Virus genome (UHGV): UHGV-0047541
Length of the DNA: 35,471 nt
Source: a virus
Strand: one strand, 5' to 3'
Positions 17,881-26,588 of the stretch are shown here, piece after piece. Position numbers and translations under genes: made by a program. The notes beneath the pieces were generated by a model. It saw nothing but the letters and a program-made list of their open reading frames with translations, was not told the DNA's origin and did no database searches. The number at the start of each line of letters is the position of its first letter. Position 1 is the first letter of the stretch.

Positions 17881-18780
17881 AAAACGCACATTTGTTAACA
17901 TTTACACAAAGTCTGCGTGGGATATTCTGAAAGAATATCCATAATGTGGAGAGAATCTATTGAAGTGCATGGTGCCGGGTGCCTCCCGGTGAACAAAACG
18001 TTCGTGATACCTGTCGGCGACAGAAAAGGTTAATGGTATCACCCCACCGCACAGGGGGATTCACCATGCAGGAGTTTTCTTAGCAAACTCTCTGCGCGCC
18101 CGGCAATTCCCAACCACATAAAATGCGGAGTTTGTAGCATTTATGCATATAACTCGCAGGAATTATCTTAAAAAACTGATGTCGATCCGGATTAAAAAGA
18201 AGCAGGTCATCATCAGATGACTGGAAAAAAGGAAAACAAAAAATACTCATCGTACAGTTTTGATTGCAGGGATGAGCCTGCTATGCACAATATACAGAAT
18301 ATAAGCAAGATAAAAATATGCAGGCATATTATTTCGGATTTTGTTATTAACACAACCTTTTTAATAATCATTTGGCATACAATAAACCAGCCCAAAAAGA
18401 ACCGCCTAAACAGGCGGTTGGTCAATACAAAGGATGCTTCGTCTTTATTATAGTAATCTGAGGCGTCGGCCCCCCCGAAGTATTCCGCACTGCATGGATA
18501 CTGTGGTTTCCCGCTAAATCACTATGTAAACCACCCTCGCACTGAGGAACATCTTTTTAGTGTTATTTACAACACCGGGATAATGCATCATCGGCCCTGC
18601 CAGGAAATACAAAATCTCCACCGATAATGCACCATTCTGCTGCCGTAAAAAGATCAGCACTGAGGCTACACCCGGCCTCAAATAATAGCCAGAGAACAGA
18701 ATGCTTTTTCAAAACAACCAGCTCCCACGTAGTAAAAAAATACGCCAGTGCCGCAATACAATAAGGCTTGTTTCAAATGC

Positions 18781-18855
<75 letters not shown>

Positions 18856-18858
18856 ATA

Positions 18859-18934
<76 letters not shown>

Positions 18935-18936
18935 AC

Positions 18937-19013
18937 TGGACCGCCACCGGAGACTCGAACCTCGCACACTCAACTTAAAGGGTTGATGCTCTTCCCTGAT
19001 GAGCTAGTGGCGG
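18937..19013 (-). tRNA. atypical tRNA-like gene (anticodon loop CCUUUAA, putative UUU/Lys, C at position 33; possible pseudo-tRNA)
   Basis: 77 nt with 7-bp acceptor stem CCGCCAC/GTGGCGG, D and anticodon stems, TTCGAGT T-loop, encoded CCA; non-canonical C33 and T-stem mismatch. Confidence 0.5.
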
Positions 19014-19014
19014 T

Positions 19015-19090
19015 TGGTGGCCCTTGCTGGATTTGAACCAGCGACCTGGCGATTATGAGTCGCTCGCTCTCACCACTGAGCTAAAGGGCC
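19015..19090 (-). tRNA. tRNA with CAU anticodon (ileX/ileZ-like tRNA-Ile2, formally Met)
   Basis: 76 nt, GGCCCTTTAGCTCAGTGGTGAGAGCGAGCGACTCATAATCGCCAGGTCGCTGGTTCAAATCCAGCAAGGGCCACCA; close to recalled E. coli ileX. Confidence 0.8.
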
Positions 19091-19663
19091 AAGCGCAGAA
19101 TAGTAACGTTACGAAATCAATGTTGCAAGCGTTCAAAAATCCACTGGTAAAAAATTACCCTTAACTCCTCCACCAGCGCATTCACCATGTTTATCCGAGA
19201 TAAGTGGCACAAAAAAACCGCTCAATGGCGGGTTTAAGCTGTGTGACGAAGCAACCACTCTTAACAGCATAACCAATTTTTTACGTACGTAAACCACTAA
19301 ATGATATTTGCGAGAATGCTACCGAGTATTGAAAACACCACTACAAATACATAAGCAAATCTCAACAAATAACTAACAAATAATTTCCAGTGTTATTTTT
19401 AGTCGATTTAAATTGAATATTCAAATTATAGAGCACTTATAAATAACATCCGTTAATATAAATTAACTAATAGATTTATTTTTATTCAGCCAAGAGCCAT
19501 GAATAGGATTCGATAGAAAAAAGTTCAGATAAAAATAGAGATCTACTTCACAAATCAAACGAGAAACCAAAACTTACATCTTGAAATAATCACATTGATT
19601 AGATGAATATTTATCGTGCAGTGACATCATTTTTTAATAATAGTTCAAAAAAAAGGACTCACG

Positions 19664-20746
19664 ATGAAAAAATTAACAGTGGCAATTTCTGCTGTAGCTG
19701 CATCAGTACTGATGGCGATGTCTGCTCAGGCAGCTGAAATTTATAATAAAGACAGTAACAAGCTGGATCTGTACGGGAAAGTTAATGCTAAGCACTACTT
19801 CTCCTCTAATGATGCAGATGATGGCGATAAGACCTATGCCCGTCTTGGCTTCAAAGGTGAAACCCAAATCAACGATCAACTGACTGGTTTCGGTCAGTGG
19901 GAATATGAATTCAAAGGCAACCGCGCTGAATCTCAAGGTTCCTCCAAAGATAAAACCCGTCTTGCCTTCGCTGGCCTGAAATTCGGTGACTACGGCTCCA
20001 TCGATTATGGCCGTAACTACGGTGTAGCATACGATATTGGTGCATGGACCGACGTTCTGCCAGAATTCGGTGGCGATACCTGGACCCAAACAGATGTATT
20101 CATGACTGGTCGCACCACAGGTGTTGCAACATACCGTAACAAAGACTTCTTTGGCCTGGTAGATGGTCTGAACTTTGCTGCTCAGTATCAGGGTAAAAAT
20201 GACCGCACTGACGTAACTCAAGCTAATGGTGATGGTTTCGGTTTCTCCACTACTTATGAGTATGAAGGATTCGGCGTAGGTGCAACCTATGCTAAATCTG
20301 ACCGCACTAATAATCAGGTTATCTACGGTAACAACAGCCTGAATGCATCTGGTCAAAATGCTGAAGTATGGGCAGCTGGTCTGAAATATGATGCGAACAA
20401 CATCTATCTGGCTACTACCTATTCTGAAACCCAAAACATGACTGTTTTTGGTAAAAACCATATTGCCAACAAAGCACAAAACTTCGAAGTAGTTGCACAA
20501 TATCAGTTCGACTTCGGTCTGCGTCCGTCCGTTGCTTATCTACAATCTAAAGGAAAAGACTTGGGTGCTTGGGGTGATCAGGACCTGGTTGAATATATTG
20601 ATGTAGGTGCAACCTATTACTTCAACAAAAATATGTCCACTTTTGTTGACTACAAAATCAACCTGATTGATAAGAGCGATTTCACGAAAGTATCTGGCGT
20701 TGCTACCGATGATATCGTTGCTGTAGGTATGGTTTACCAGTTCTAA
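19664..20746 (+). CDS. OmpC/OmpF-family general porin (NmpC/Lc-like lysogenic-conversion porin)
   Basis: 360 aa, signal peptide [39 protein letters not shown]..., C-terminal MVYQF; AT-rich upstream region. Confidence 0.9.
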   Translation: MKKLTVAISAVAASVLMAMSAQAAEIYNKDSNKLDLYGKVNAKHYFSSNDADDGDKTYARLGFKGETQINDQLTGFGQWEYEFKGNRAESQGSSKDKTRLAFAGLKFGDYGSIDYGRNYGVAYDIGAWTDVLPEFGGDTWTQTDVFMTGRTTGVATYRNKDFFGLVDGLNFAAQYQGKNDRTDVTQANGDGFGFSTTYEYEGFGVGATYAKSDRTNNQVIYGNNSLNASGQNAEVWAAGLKYDANNIYLATTYSETQNMTVFGKNHIANKAQNFEVVAQYQFDFGLRPSVAYLQSKGKDLGAWGDQDLVEYIDVGATYYFNKNMSTFVDYKINLIDKSDFTKVSGVATDDIVAVGMVYQF

Positions 20747-20883
20747 TTTGATTACTAAAAGATATGTTGCGGGAGGCTTTGCCTCCCCAACATATAAGTG
20801 GCTCCCTCAAGCCACTTCCTTTAGAAGCACAACCTTGCTTCTAACTATATAAACCTTCTGTTATATATTACCCTTTATTTTTA

Positions 20884-20908
20884 GGGGCGTTTCAACGCCC
20901 CATTTTTA
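20884..20908 (+). terminator. intrinsic terminator (plus strand) downstream of porin gene
   Basis: GGGGCGTTTCAACGCCCC hairpin followed by ATTTTT. Confidence 0.6.
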
Positions 20909-20934
20909 ATAACTCTCAGTAAACAATTAGCATA

Positions 20935-21333
20935 TTAATTAGAGTTATTAATAACGATATCCATCTCTAACCGGATATCTAATGCCATTAACATCCCTTC
21001 AATTATGCCCTCAGCCTTCTGTAACCTTTTCCCGATATAACCATCAGAGCAGCAATGCTTACCTGCCAGTGACATGAATGTCATACCGACTACATAATAA
21101 TCTACTAATAAATCGTGCAAATCGCTGTTGTTCTTTTTCAGACGGGCCATGCACCCGCAAATGATCATCGCGTCATCGTCACAACATTGCAGGCGAGATT
21201 TTACTTTTGAAGGAATTAATCCCTTAAAACCGGCGGCAATGGACGACCAGGTCACATCTTCATGATTATTAGCCGCCCACGCTCCCCAACGTTCAAGAAC
21301 CATCTGAATATCACGCATCAACTTACTCCACAA
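20935..21333 (-). CDS. late-gene antiterminator Q (QuuD/phage-82 type)
   Basis: 132 aa, ...[34 protein letters not shown]...CGCMARLKK...; position immediately upstream of the late region. Confidence 0.8.
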   Translation of the reverse strand: MWSKLMRDIQMVLERWGAWAANNHEDVTWSSIAAGFKGLIPSKVKSRLQCCDDDAMIICGCMARLKKNNSDLHDLLVDYYVVGMTFMSLAGKHCCSDGYIGKRLQKAEGIIEGMLMALDIRLEMDIVINNSN

Positions 21334-21336
21334 AAA

Positions 21337-22326
21337 TCAGGCCAGCACGCCTATTGCCAGCGCACGATCGATAAAACGAAATATCAGCTCCAGCTGGGAG
21401 CCATACTTCTCTTCAAATGCCACGGTATCCGCATGCAGCTCGTCGTGATGCTTTCTGCACAAAGGCAACACAAAGAGGTCATGCGCTTTTGTACCCATTC
21501 CACCCTGACCGTGACCTATCAGGTGGTGGGGATCATCAGCAGGCTTTCCACAACATGCACACGGCTGCGTCTTAACCCAGCGCGTGTACTTTTCGTTAAC
21601 CCAGCGGCGACGTTTAGGGCGTAACATAAAAGACTCCGGCGACTCCGGATCCACTTTCAGCGCCAGCACCTTTTTCGCTTTATCCTGGATGATGCTGGTG
21701 GCAGGAACCGAAGGCACAAGGTCACTTTCCCGGGTGACAGACGGCACAACAGGCTTCGGTAATCTCAGTGCCTTACGGGCTGCACTTTCCGGTAAGGCAT
21801 CCGCCAGGTCATTACGAATCAGCCACCAGCACAGTTCCGGCATTGTCACAACGTGACTATCATCAAAACCGAGATCCCGACGCACAACAGACAACACCCA
21901 GCGGGCACAGTTATCCGTTGCCATTGATTCCAGCCGTTCCGTGAACTGATCGCGCAGCTGGTTATCGCAGTGCCAGCACAGACGGATTGCGCCCGGCGCG
22001 TGTCGCATTGTTGTCATGTTCTCGCTGTGCCAGTCGGAATGAGACCACTGGCAGCCTTTTTCACGAAGTAACCAGCTTTCAAGACATTCCACGCCACCAG
22101 CACGACGGATCACCGCCTCATTGCGGAACATAGCCCGAACGGCAGGATCATCCGCCAGCGGTTGTGATGCCGCCGGAACGGCACCACTGGCGAAAGATGA
22201 ATAACGTTCCGGCTCAGGCTCCAGCAGGACACGCCCCTGCATAAACAGGGGCATCAGCTCTGAACCGGGTCTGAACAATACGATCCCCATACGTGGGGCA
22301 ATTTCAGGGGTCAGTAGTGCTCTCAA
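21337..22326 (-). CDS. DUF968 domain protein (C-terminal HNH-like Cys/His motif)
   Basis: 329 aa; C-terminal QPCACCGKPADDPHHLIGHGQGGMGTKAHDLFVLPLCRKHHDELH. Confidence 0.7.
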   Translation of the reverse strand: MRALLTPEIAPRMGIVLFRPGSELMPLFMQGRVLLEPEPERYSSFASGAVPAASQPLADDPAVRAMFRNEAVIRRAGGVECLESWLLREKGCQWSHSDWHSENMTTMRHAPGAIRLCWHCDNQLRDQFTERLESMATDNCARWVLSVVRRDLGFDDSHVVTMPELCWWLIRNDLADALPESAARKALRLPKPVVPSVTRESDLVPSVPATSIIQDKAKKVLALKVDPESPESFMLRPKRRRWVNEKYTRWVKTQPCACCGKPADDPHHLIGHGQGGMGTKAHDLFVLPLCRKHHDELHADTVAFEEKYGSQLELIFRFIDRALAIGVLA

Positions 22327-22335
22327 CGTAGAACC

Positions 22336-22851
22336 TCACAGCACAATCTGTTTCAGTTTCTGTACCGCTTTCCCCATATCCGCCATAGCATCAACAAACT
22401 CATCAAATTTACGACTTGCCATTCCATACGCCTGGAGGATTTCCAGTTTCAGAGGATCCAGTTGCTTTTTAATTTCCGCACGATCATTAAATTTCTTCTC
22501 TGCTTCTTCCGCAGCCCTGATCAGCTCCTCAGCATGCCTGCGTAATTCATCCGGAGTAACGGTCTTTTTAATCACAACGGGTTCCTCTGTTTTTACTGGT
22601 ATTTCACTATTTACTGCCTGATGTCCAAATTTAGGATGATGTAACGTTGTAGTTCTTCCATCATTCGCAACGACCAGAAGTCCACTGTCGCGGATAATGC
22701 CAATGAGTATCTCCTTATCCCTTTTATTCAGCAGACTGTACGCCTGCACTTTCTGTGATATCTGGGTCAGTGTTGCGCCTTCCGGCATTCGTTCAACAAA
22801 ACGTTTAACCCTGGATAAAACTGGCTGCAGATGGGGTGGTGTAATTCTCAT
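22336..22851 (-). CDS. hypothetical protein
   Basis: 171-aa ORF in operon context; no confident family. Confidence 0.5.
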   Translation of the reverse strand: MRITPPHLQPVLSRVKRFVERMPEGATLTQISQKVQAYSLLNKRDKEILIGIIRDSGLLVVANDGRTTTLHHPKFGHQAVNSEIPVKTEEPVVIKKTVTPDELRRHAEELIRAAEEAEKKFNDRAEIKKQLDPLKLEILQAYGMASRKFDEFVDAMADMGKAVQKLKQIVL

Positions 22852-22866
22852 GCTCCACGCCTCCCA

Positions 22867-23676
22867 TCAGTGAACGGTATCGAGCAGCTTTAACAGCTCA
22901 GGGAATCGGGATTCGAAGAAATGCGGCTGCGTCTCGCGCGGATTTGCAGGACTGGTGATGTTCTTGCCGAACATGCAGCCTTTCGCTGTCAGCGACCAGA
23001 ATTTTTTGATGTTGTTAATCGCTGTACGGCTGTATCGTTCGCGCTGTTCGACGATCCCCAGCTTCGCCATCTGGTGATATACCTGATTAGCCGTAAGGCG
23101 GATACCATACTGTTTCAGCAGTGCACTCAGCGACAGCGTGGGGCGACTTGAGCCATCAGGCGCGTCAGCAGGAGCATCAATGGCATAGCGCGGTGCCAGA
23201 TTCGGTAAGCCAACAGCCTCCTGAAGTTTCTGACAGGCACCAAGCACTGATGAGTTAGACAGATTTAACTCCCGACGCATAAAGTCCAGCAGAATCACGC
23301 CAGCCTGCATCTTGTCAGCAGCCTGCCCGGATAATTTTTCCGGTGTGCTGGTTACCATATCGAAAGTACGGATCACCTTCAGATGGAATGACGGGCTGAT
23401 CCACATTGCATAGGCATACACCAGTTCTTTGCAGACATACGTTCCCCGTTCATTTCCCCCATGAATCACACTCACCGGGTCAACACCCAAATTCTGGGTG
23501 TTGGTCAATTCATGAACAAGCTCAACAGTTTGTTGGCTGGAAAGAAACTTTCCTGGCTCCTTGGTTCTGGCATTTGCACCAAATGCTACTGCTGCGCGAT
23601 GCAGATCGTTCAGGCTGTAACGCCCATAAGCATCACGACGAACTTCAATACCATCAATGACCATCAGATTATTCAT
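22867..23676 (-). CDS. KilA-N domain protein (antirepressor-like)
   Basis: 269 aa; N-terminal IDGIEVRRDAYGRYSLNDLHRAAVAFG KilA-N-like motif. Confidence 0.65.
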   Translation of the reverse strand: MNNLMVIDGIEVRRDAYGRYSLNDLHRAAVAFGANARTKEPGKFLSSQQTVELVHELTNTQNLGVDPVSVIHGGNERGTYVCKELVYAYAMWISPSFHLKVIRTFDMVTSTPEKLSGQAADKMQAGVILLDFMRRELNLSNSSVLGACQKLQEAVGLPNLAPRYAIDAPADAPDGSSRPTLSLSALLKQYGIRLTANQVYHQMAKLGIVEQRERYSRTAINNIKKFWSLTAKGCMFGKNITSPANPRETQPHFFESRFPELLKLLDTVH

Positions 23677-23695
23677 ACTTCGTTTCTCCTCTTAA

Positions 23696-24085
23696 TCAGG
23701 CGGCTGCACCCGCCGTTTTCTCGTACTTACTGATAGTGATCTCGACCTTCCCTTTCGGGATAACCGGTCCCCACTCCACCAGCATTCTTTTCACCTGTCT
23801 GTCGTCTTCCCACACACCCGCGTGGGTCAACGCGTCAAACAGCGCCTTGTTATAGTTATCCAGATCGCGGATCCTGTTATCAGGAGGAAACAACACGATC
23901 TCTACTGAAGCAGGTGCCGACGTTGGTTTTGGCAGACGACGTAACTGCTCAACTATTGCTGCACACGCCGCGCTCTGGAATTTGCGCCCCGCCGCGCTTA
24001 TCAGGCTCTTACCTGCAAACGCCCCTTTGTTGGGGTGTCGCCAGTACGTGTTCACGCTGGGCGGGAAAGGCAGTATTAGCTTCAT
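23696..24085 (-). CDS. rusA: Holliday junction resolvase RusA
   Basis: 129 aa, LPFPPSVNTYWRH...DLDNYNKALFDALTHAGVWEDDRQV, RusA motifs. Confidence 0.85.
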   Translation of the reverse strand: MKLILPFPPSVNTYWRHPNKGAFAGKSLISAAGRKFQSAACAAIVEQLRRLPKPTSAPASVEIVLFPPDNRIRDLDNYNKALFDALTHAGVWEDDRQVKRMLVEWGPVIPKGKVEITISKYEKTAGAAA

Positions 24086-24408
24086 ACTTTCAGGCCCCTC
24101 TCATGTAACCAGTGGGTTGCACGCAGCCTGGCGTTTTCCTCACCGGAAAGCAGTGAGCGGATAATCCCGACCGCCTCGCTGTCGTCGTCCTTCATCGCAG
24201 TATGAAGCGTTATCCCCCGGGCCACGCCACGCTTTATCGTGATGACGCCTTTTTTCTCCAGTGCGCGAAGATGCTCTACCGCTGCATTCACTGAACGGTA
24301 TCCCTGCATGGTTGCCACCTCCTGATTGGTTGGCGGGAAGCCACGTTCTTTCTGATAAGAAATCAGCATATCCAGCACCTGCTGCTGGCATTGAGTTAAC
24401 GTCGTCAT
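24082..24408 (-). CDS. LexA N-terminal DNA-binding domain-like protein (no peptidase domain)
   Basis: 108 aa, QQVLDMLISYQKERGFPPTNQEVATMQGYRSVNAAVEHLRALEKKGVI winged-helix LexA-like. Confidence 0.6.
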   Translation of the reverse strand: MTTLTQCQQQVLDMLISYQKERGFPPTNQEVATMQGYRSVNAAVEHLRALEKKGVITIKRGVARGITLHTAMKDDDSEAVGIIRSLLSGEENARLRATHWLHERGLKV

Positions 24409-25058
24409 GCCGCCATCTCCCTGACCAGTTTTTCCGCCTGCTGGCGAACCTGCGCCAGAAACGCCTCACCACATGCCTCAAGTTCATCGCGCCCGATGTA
24501 GCTGATTGCCGGTCCCTTCCATGTCTTGTCGAAAACAGCAATAGCACCAGCGAAGAACGCTCCTGTCGGCACCTGCTTCTCGTCTTTCGGGATAAACCAG
24601 ACAGGCAGTTCAAAACCAATACGCCCGCGAATAAAAGCAATATGATCTGCATCTTCCGGCCACCACACTTCGCTGGTGGCAGCTTTGATCAGGAAAACAT
24701 AGCGCCCGCCTTTATCGCGCATGGCACTGGCATGCTTCATGATGTAACGCATGCCAGTGATGTATTGCCCCTCATGCTGACTGGCGCGGCTGTATGGGGG
24801 ATTACCAAAGGCAGCACCTTTAAGCTCCGCAAGACGTTCTGACCAGTCATGCGCCAGCGCGTTGTCTTCCGCCGTGTAATACGCGGCACATTTGGCGTTA
24901 TCACCGTCAGTAAACAGATCCAGAACAAACGGACCAAACAGGGTGTTAATTCCCCAGAAAATGTTATCCGGCGTGCGCCACTGATCACCTACTTCCTTCA
25001 GTTCATGGGCTGGTTTGTTCCGCAGTTCCACCAGCGCCTGGCAATATTTATTACTCAT
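24405..25058 (-). CDS. phage DNA N6-adenine methyltransferase (Dam family)
   Basis: ORF 24405-25091, likely start MSNKYCQAL at 25058; catalytic FGNPPYS motif. Confidence 0.8.
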   Translation of the reverse strand: MSNKYCQALVELRNKPAHELKEVGDQWRTPDNIFWGINTLFGPFVLDLFTDGDNAKCAAYYTAEDNALAHDWSERLAELKGAAFGNPPYSRASQHEGQYITGMRYIMKHASAMRDKGGRYVFLIKAATSEVWWPEDADHIAFIRGRIGFELPVWFIPKDEKQVPTGAFFAGAIAVFDKTWKGPAISYIGRDELEACGEAFLAQVRQQAEKLVREMAA

Positions 25059-25552
25059 TAAGCCCCCACGTAATTCCCTGACAGATACCACTCTTCACCC
25101 GATGCAGCGCGCTTGCTGCTTTTCCGTAAGCACCGCTCACGACGCGCCAGAAAATTGTTTCGTTCTGGCTGGGAGTGGCTTTCACGGAATGCCGCCATCC
25201 ACACGGTTGCAGCACGACGAAATAAGCCCCTGGACTCCAGTTCTTCCGCCTGGCGGGTCAGGCACAAAATCACCCGTGGATCGTTAGTGCCGACATAGAA
25301 ATTGCGCACAGGTCTGGTTTCACGAACTGGTTGTAGTTCCGGCTCCTGCGCTCTCTCAGTCAGGCGCGGGAAATGTCTGCGTGTATCCCCTTCGCAACGG
25401 TGAGCCACACGCCCACTCTGACGTAACTTGCTTGCTGACTGCAGAACGCGCTGCCGTGAGTAACCTGCAAAAGCATCCGCAATGTCTCCGGAAGTACACC
25501 CCGGATGGGCTTCAATGTATTTCTGAACTTCATTCAAAAGACTCATGATCAC
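25058..25552 (-). CDS. hypothetical protein (basic, possible DNA-binding)
   Basis: 164-aa ORF, coupled to flanking genes. Confidence 0.5.
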   Translation of the reverse strand: MIMSLLNEVQKYIEAHPGCTSGDIADAFAGYSRQRVLQSASKLRQSGRVAHRCEGDTRRHFPRLTERAQEPELQPVRETRPVRNFYVGTNDPRVILCLTRQAEELESRGLFRRAATVWMAAFRESHSQPERNNFLARRERCLRKSSKRAASGEEWYLSGNYVGA

Positions 25553-26367
25553 CCCCTGAATCCTGCCGGGATCTGGCTGTAGTCCACGTTGTCGTAACTG
25601 GCTTTGAAGTACGGGTCCTCGCGTCTGGCTGCAGATACCGCAGGAACTTCCCAGGATTCTTCGAAATGACGATCCGGACCAAAGAACGTGACAGCCTGTT
25701 TCACAAATTGTGTGCCGCTGTTACCCATCGCAGATACCCAGCACGAGTAGCGTTTCACACCTTCCAGCATGGTTTCGGGGTTTACCCCCTCATTCAAACG
25801 GGCTTTCCAGGCTTTGAAGGCTGCTGATTTTGAATTGCCACCAGCACGTTTGGGGTATGCCAGCCATGCCTGCTCAAACTCCGGAGAGTATTCCGGTCGG
25901 TTTGAACGAACTCGCACAGACTCATCAGCAGATTCACCAACAGCTATTGGTTCATTGACTGGTTCTTTGACTGGTTCAAAAGAGTGACTGGTTCTGGGTG
26001 AATCTCCTGCACTACCCCCTGGTGCAACTCCTGCACTACCTGGTGAATTTGCTGCACCAGATAGTGAATTATTTGCACTACCCCCTAGTGAATCTCCTGC
26101 ACCATCCAGATGAAGGAGATAGATATTACTTGAGTTACCTTTTTCACCTTTCCGGGTGACTTTTTTTACCAGCCCGGACTCACAAAGGGCCGCAATATGA
26201 TTCATCACAGAACGTTTGCTAATCTCGCACTGGTCAGCAATATGCTGGTAGCTGGGCCAGCACTCACCCTGATCGCTGGCATTATCAGCCAGCTTGATCA
26301 GAACCAGTTTTCGCAATGGATTACCCACTCGAATTTTCATCGCTTTAACCATCAGCTCCATACTCAT
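25549..26367 (-). CDS. replication initiation protein (N-terminal HTH, low-complexity linker, conserved phage C-terminal domain); lambda O analogue by position
   Basis: 272 aa; WPSYQHIADQCEISKRSVMNHIAALCESGLV HTH; linker SGAANSPGSAGVAPGGSAGDSP encoded by DNA repeats; C-terminal EFEQAWLAYPKRAGG..AAFKAWKARL. Confidence 0.6.
   Translation of the reverse strand: MSMELMVKAMKIRVGNPLRKLVLIKLADNASDQGECWPSYQHIADQCEISKRSVMNHIAALCESGLVKKVTRKGEKGNSSNIYLLHLDGAGDSLGGSANNSLSGAANSPGSAGVAPGGSAGDSPRTSHSFEPVKEPVNEPIAVGESADESVRVRSNRPEYSPEFEQAWLAYPKRAGGNSKSAAFKAWKARLNEGVNPETMLEGVKRYSCWVSAMGNSGTQFVKQAVTFFGPDRHFEESWEVPAVSAARREDPYFKASYDNVDYSQIPAGFRG
25940..26110. repeat. iteron-like direct repeats inside the replication gene (candidate ori)
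   Basis: Three copies of TGACTGGTTC (25956, 25968, 25985) followed by about five imperfect 20-24 bp repeats of the GTGAATCTCCTGCAC family (25998-26103). Confidence 0.5.
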
Positions 26368-26588
26368 GCTGCACCTCCGAGATGCTTCATGTTTTTTCCG
26401 GAGCGAAAGGCTATAAGCGGCATACTGACGCGGTAATTACGACCCAGCGGTTCACAAATCACCTTCTGACATTCACGGTCCACCAGGCTAACACGTAGAA
26501 CATGCCCTGCAGACGTGGTGTACCACTGACCGGGGCGAGGACAACGGAAAGTCTGATTGGTAAATCGTTTGAAAATATTCCGGATCAT
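26364..26588 (-). CDS. hypothetical small protein
   Basis: 74-aa ORF with overlapping start/stop coupling. Confidence 0.4.
   Translation of the reverse strand: MIRNIFKRFTNQTFRCPRPGQWYTTSAGHVLRVSLVDRECQKVICEPLGRNYRVSMPLIAFRSGKNMKHLGGAA

Noticed and set aside
18213-18453. Overlapping small ORFs on both strands (18213-18425 minus, 18217-18453 plus)
   Set aside because: AT-rich DNA; the minus-strand ORF start coincides with a terminator-like hairpin (CCGCCTAAACAGGCGG at about 18400-18420); more likely non-coding.
16389-18780. Shiga toxin or other known toxin at the Q-to-S locus
   Set aside because: No A/B-subunit-like ORFs are present; the locus instead holds the two TolA-III-like lipoprotein genes.
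19703-20500. 265-aa minus-strand ORF
   Set aside because: Antisense to the porin gene, which has a clear signal peptide and porin motifs.
24140-24988. ORFs 24140-24652 (minus), 24261-24842 (plus), 24737-24988 (minus)
   Set aside because: Alternative frames overlapping the LexA-like and Dam genes; Arg-rich, no independent support.
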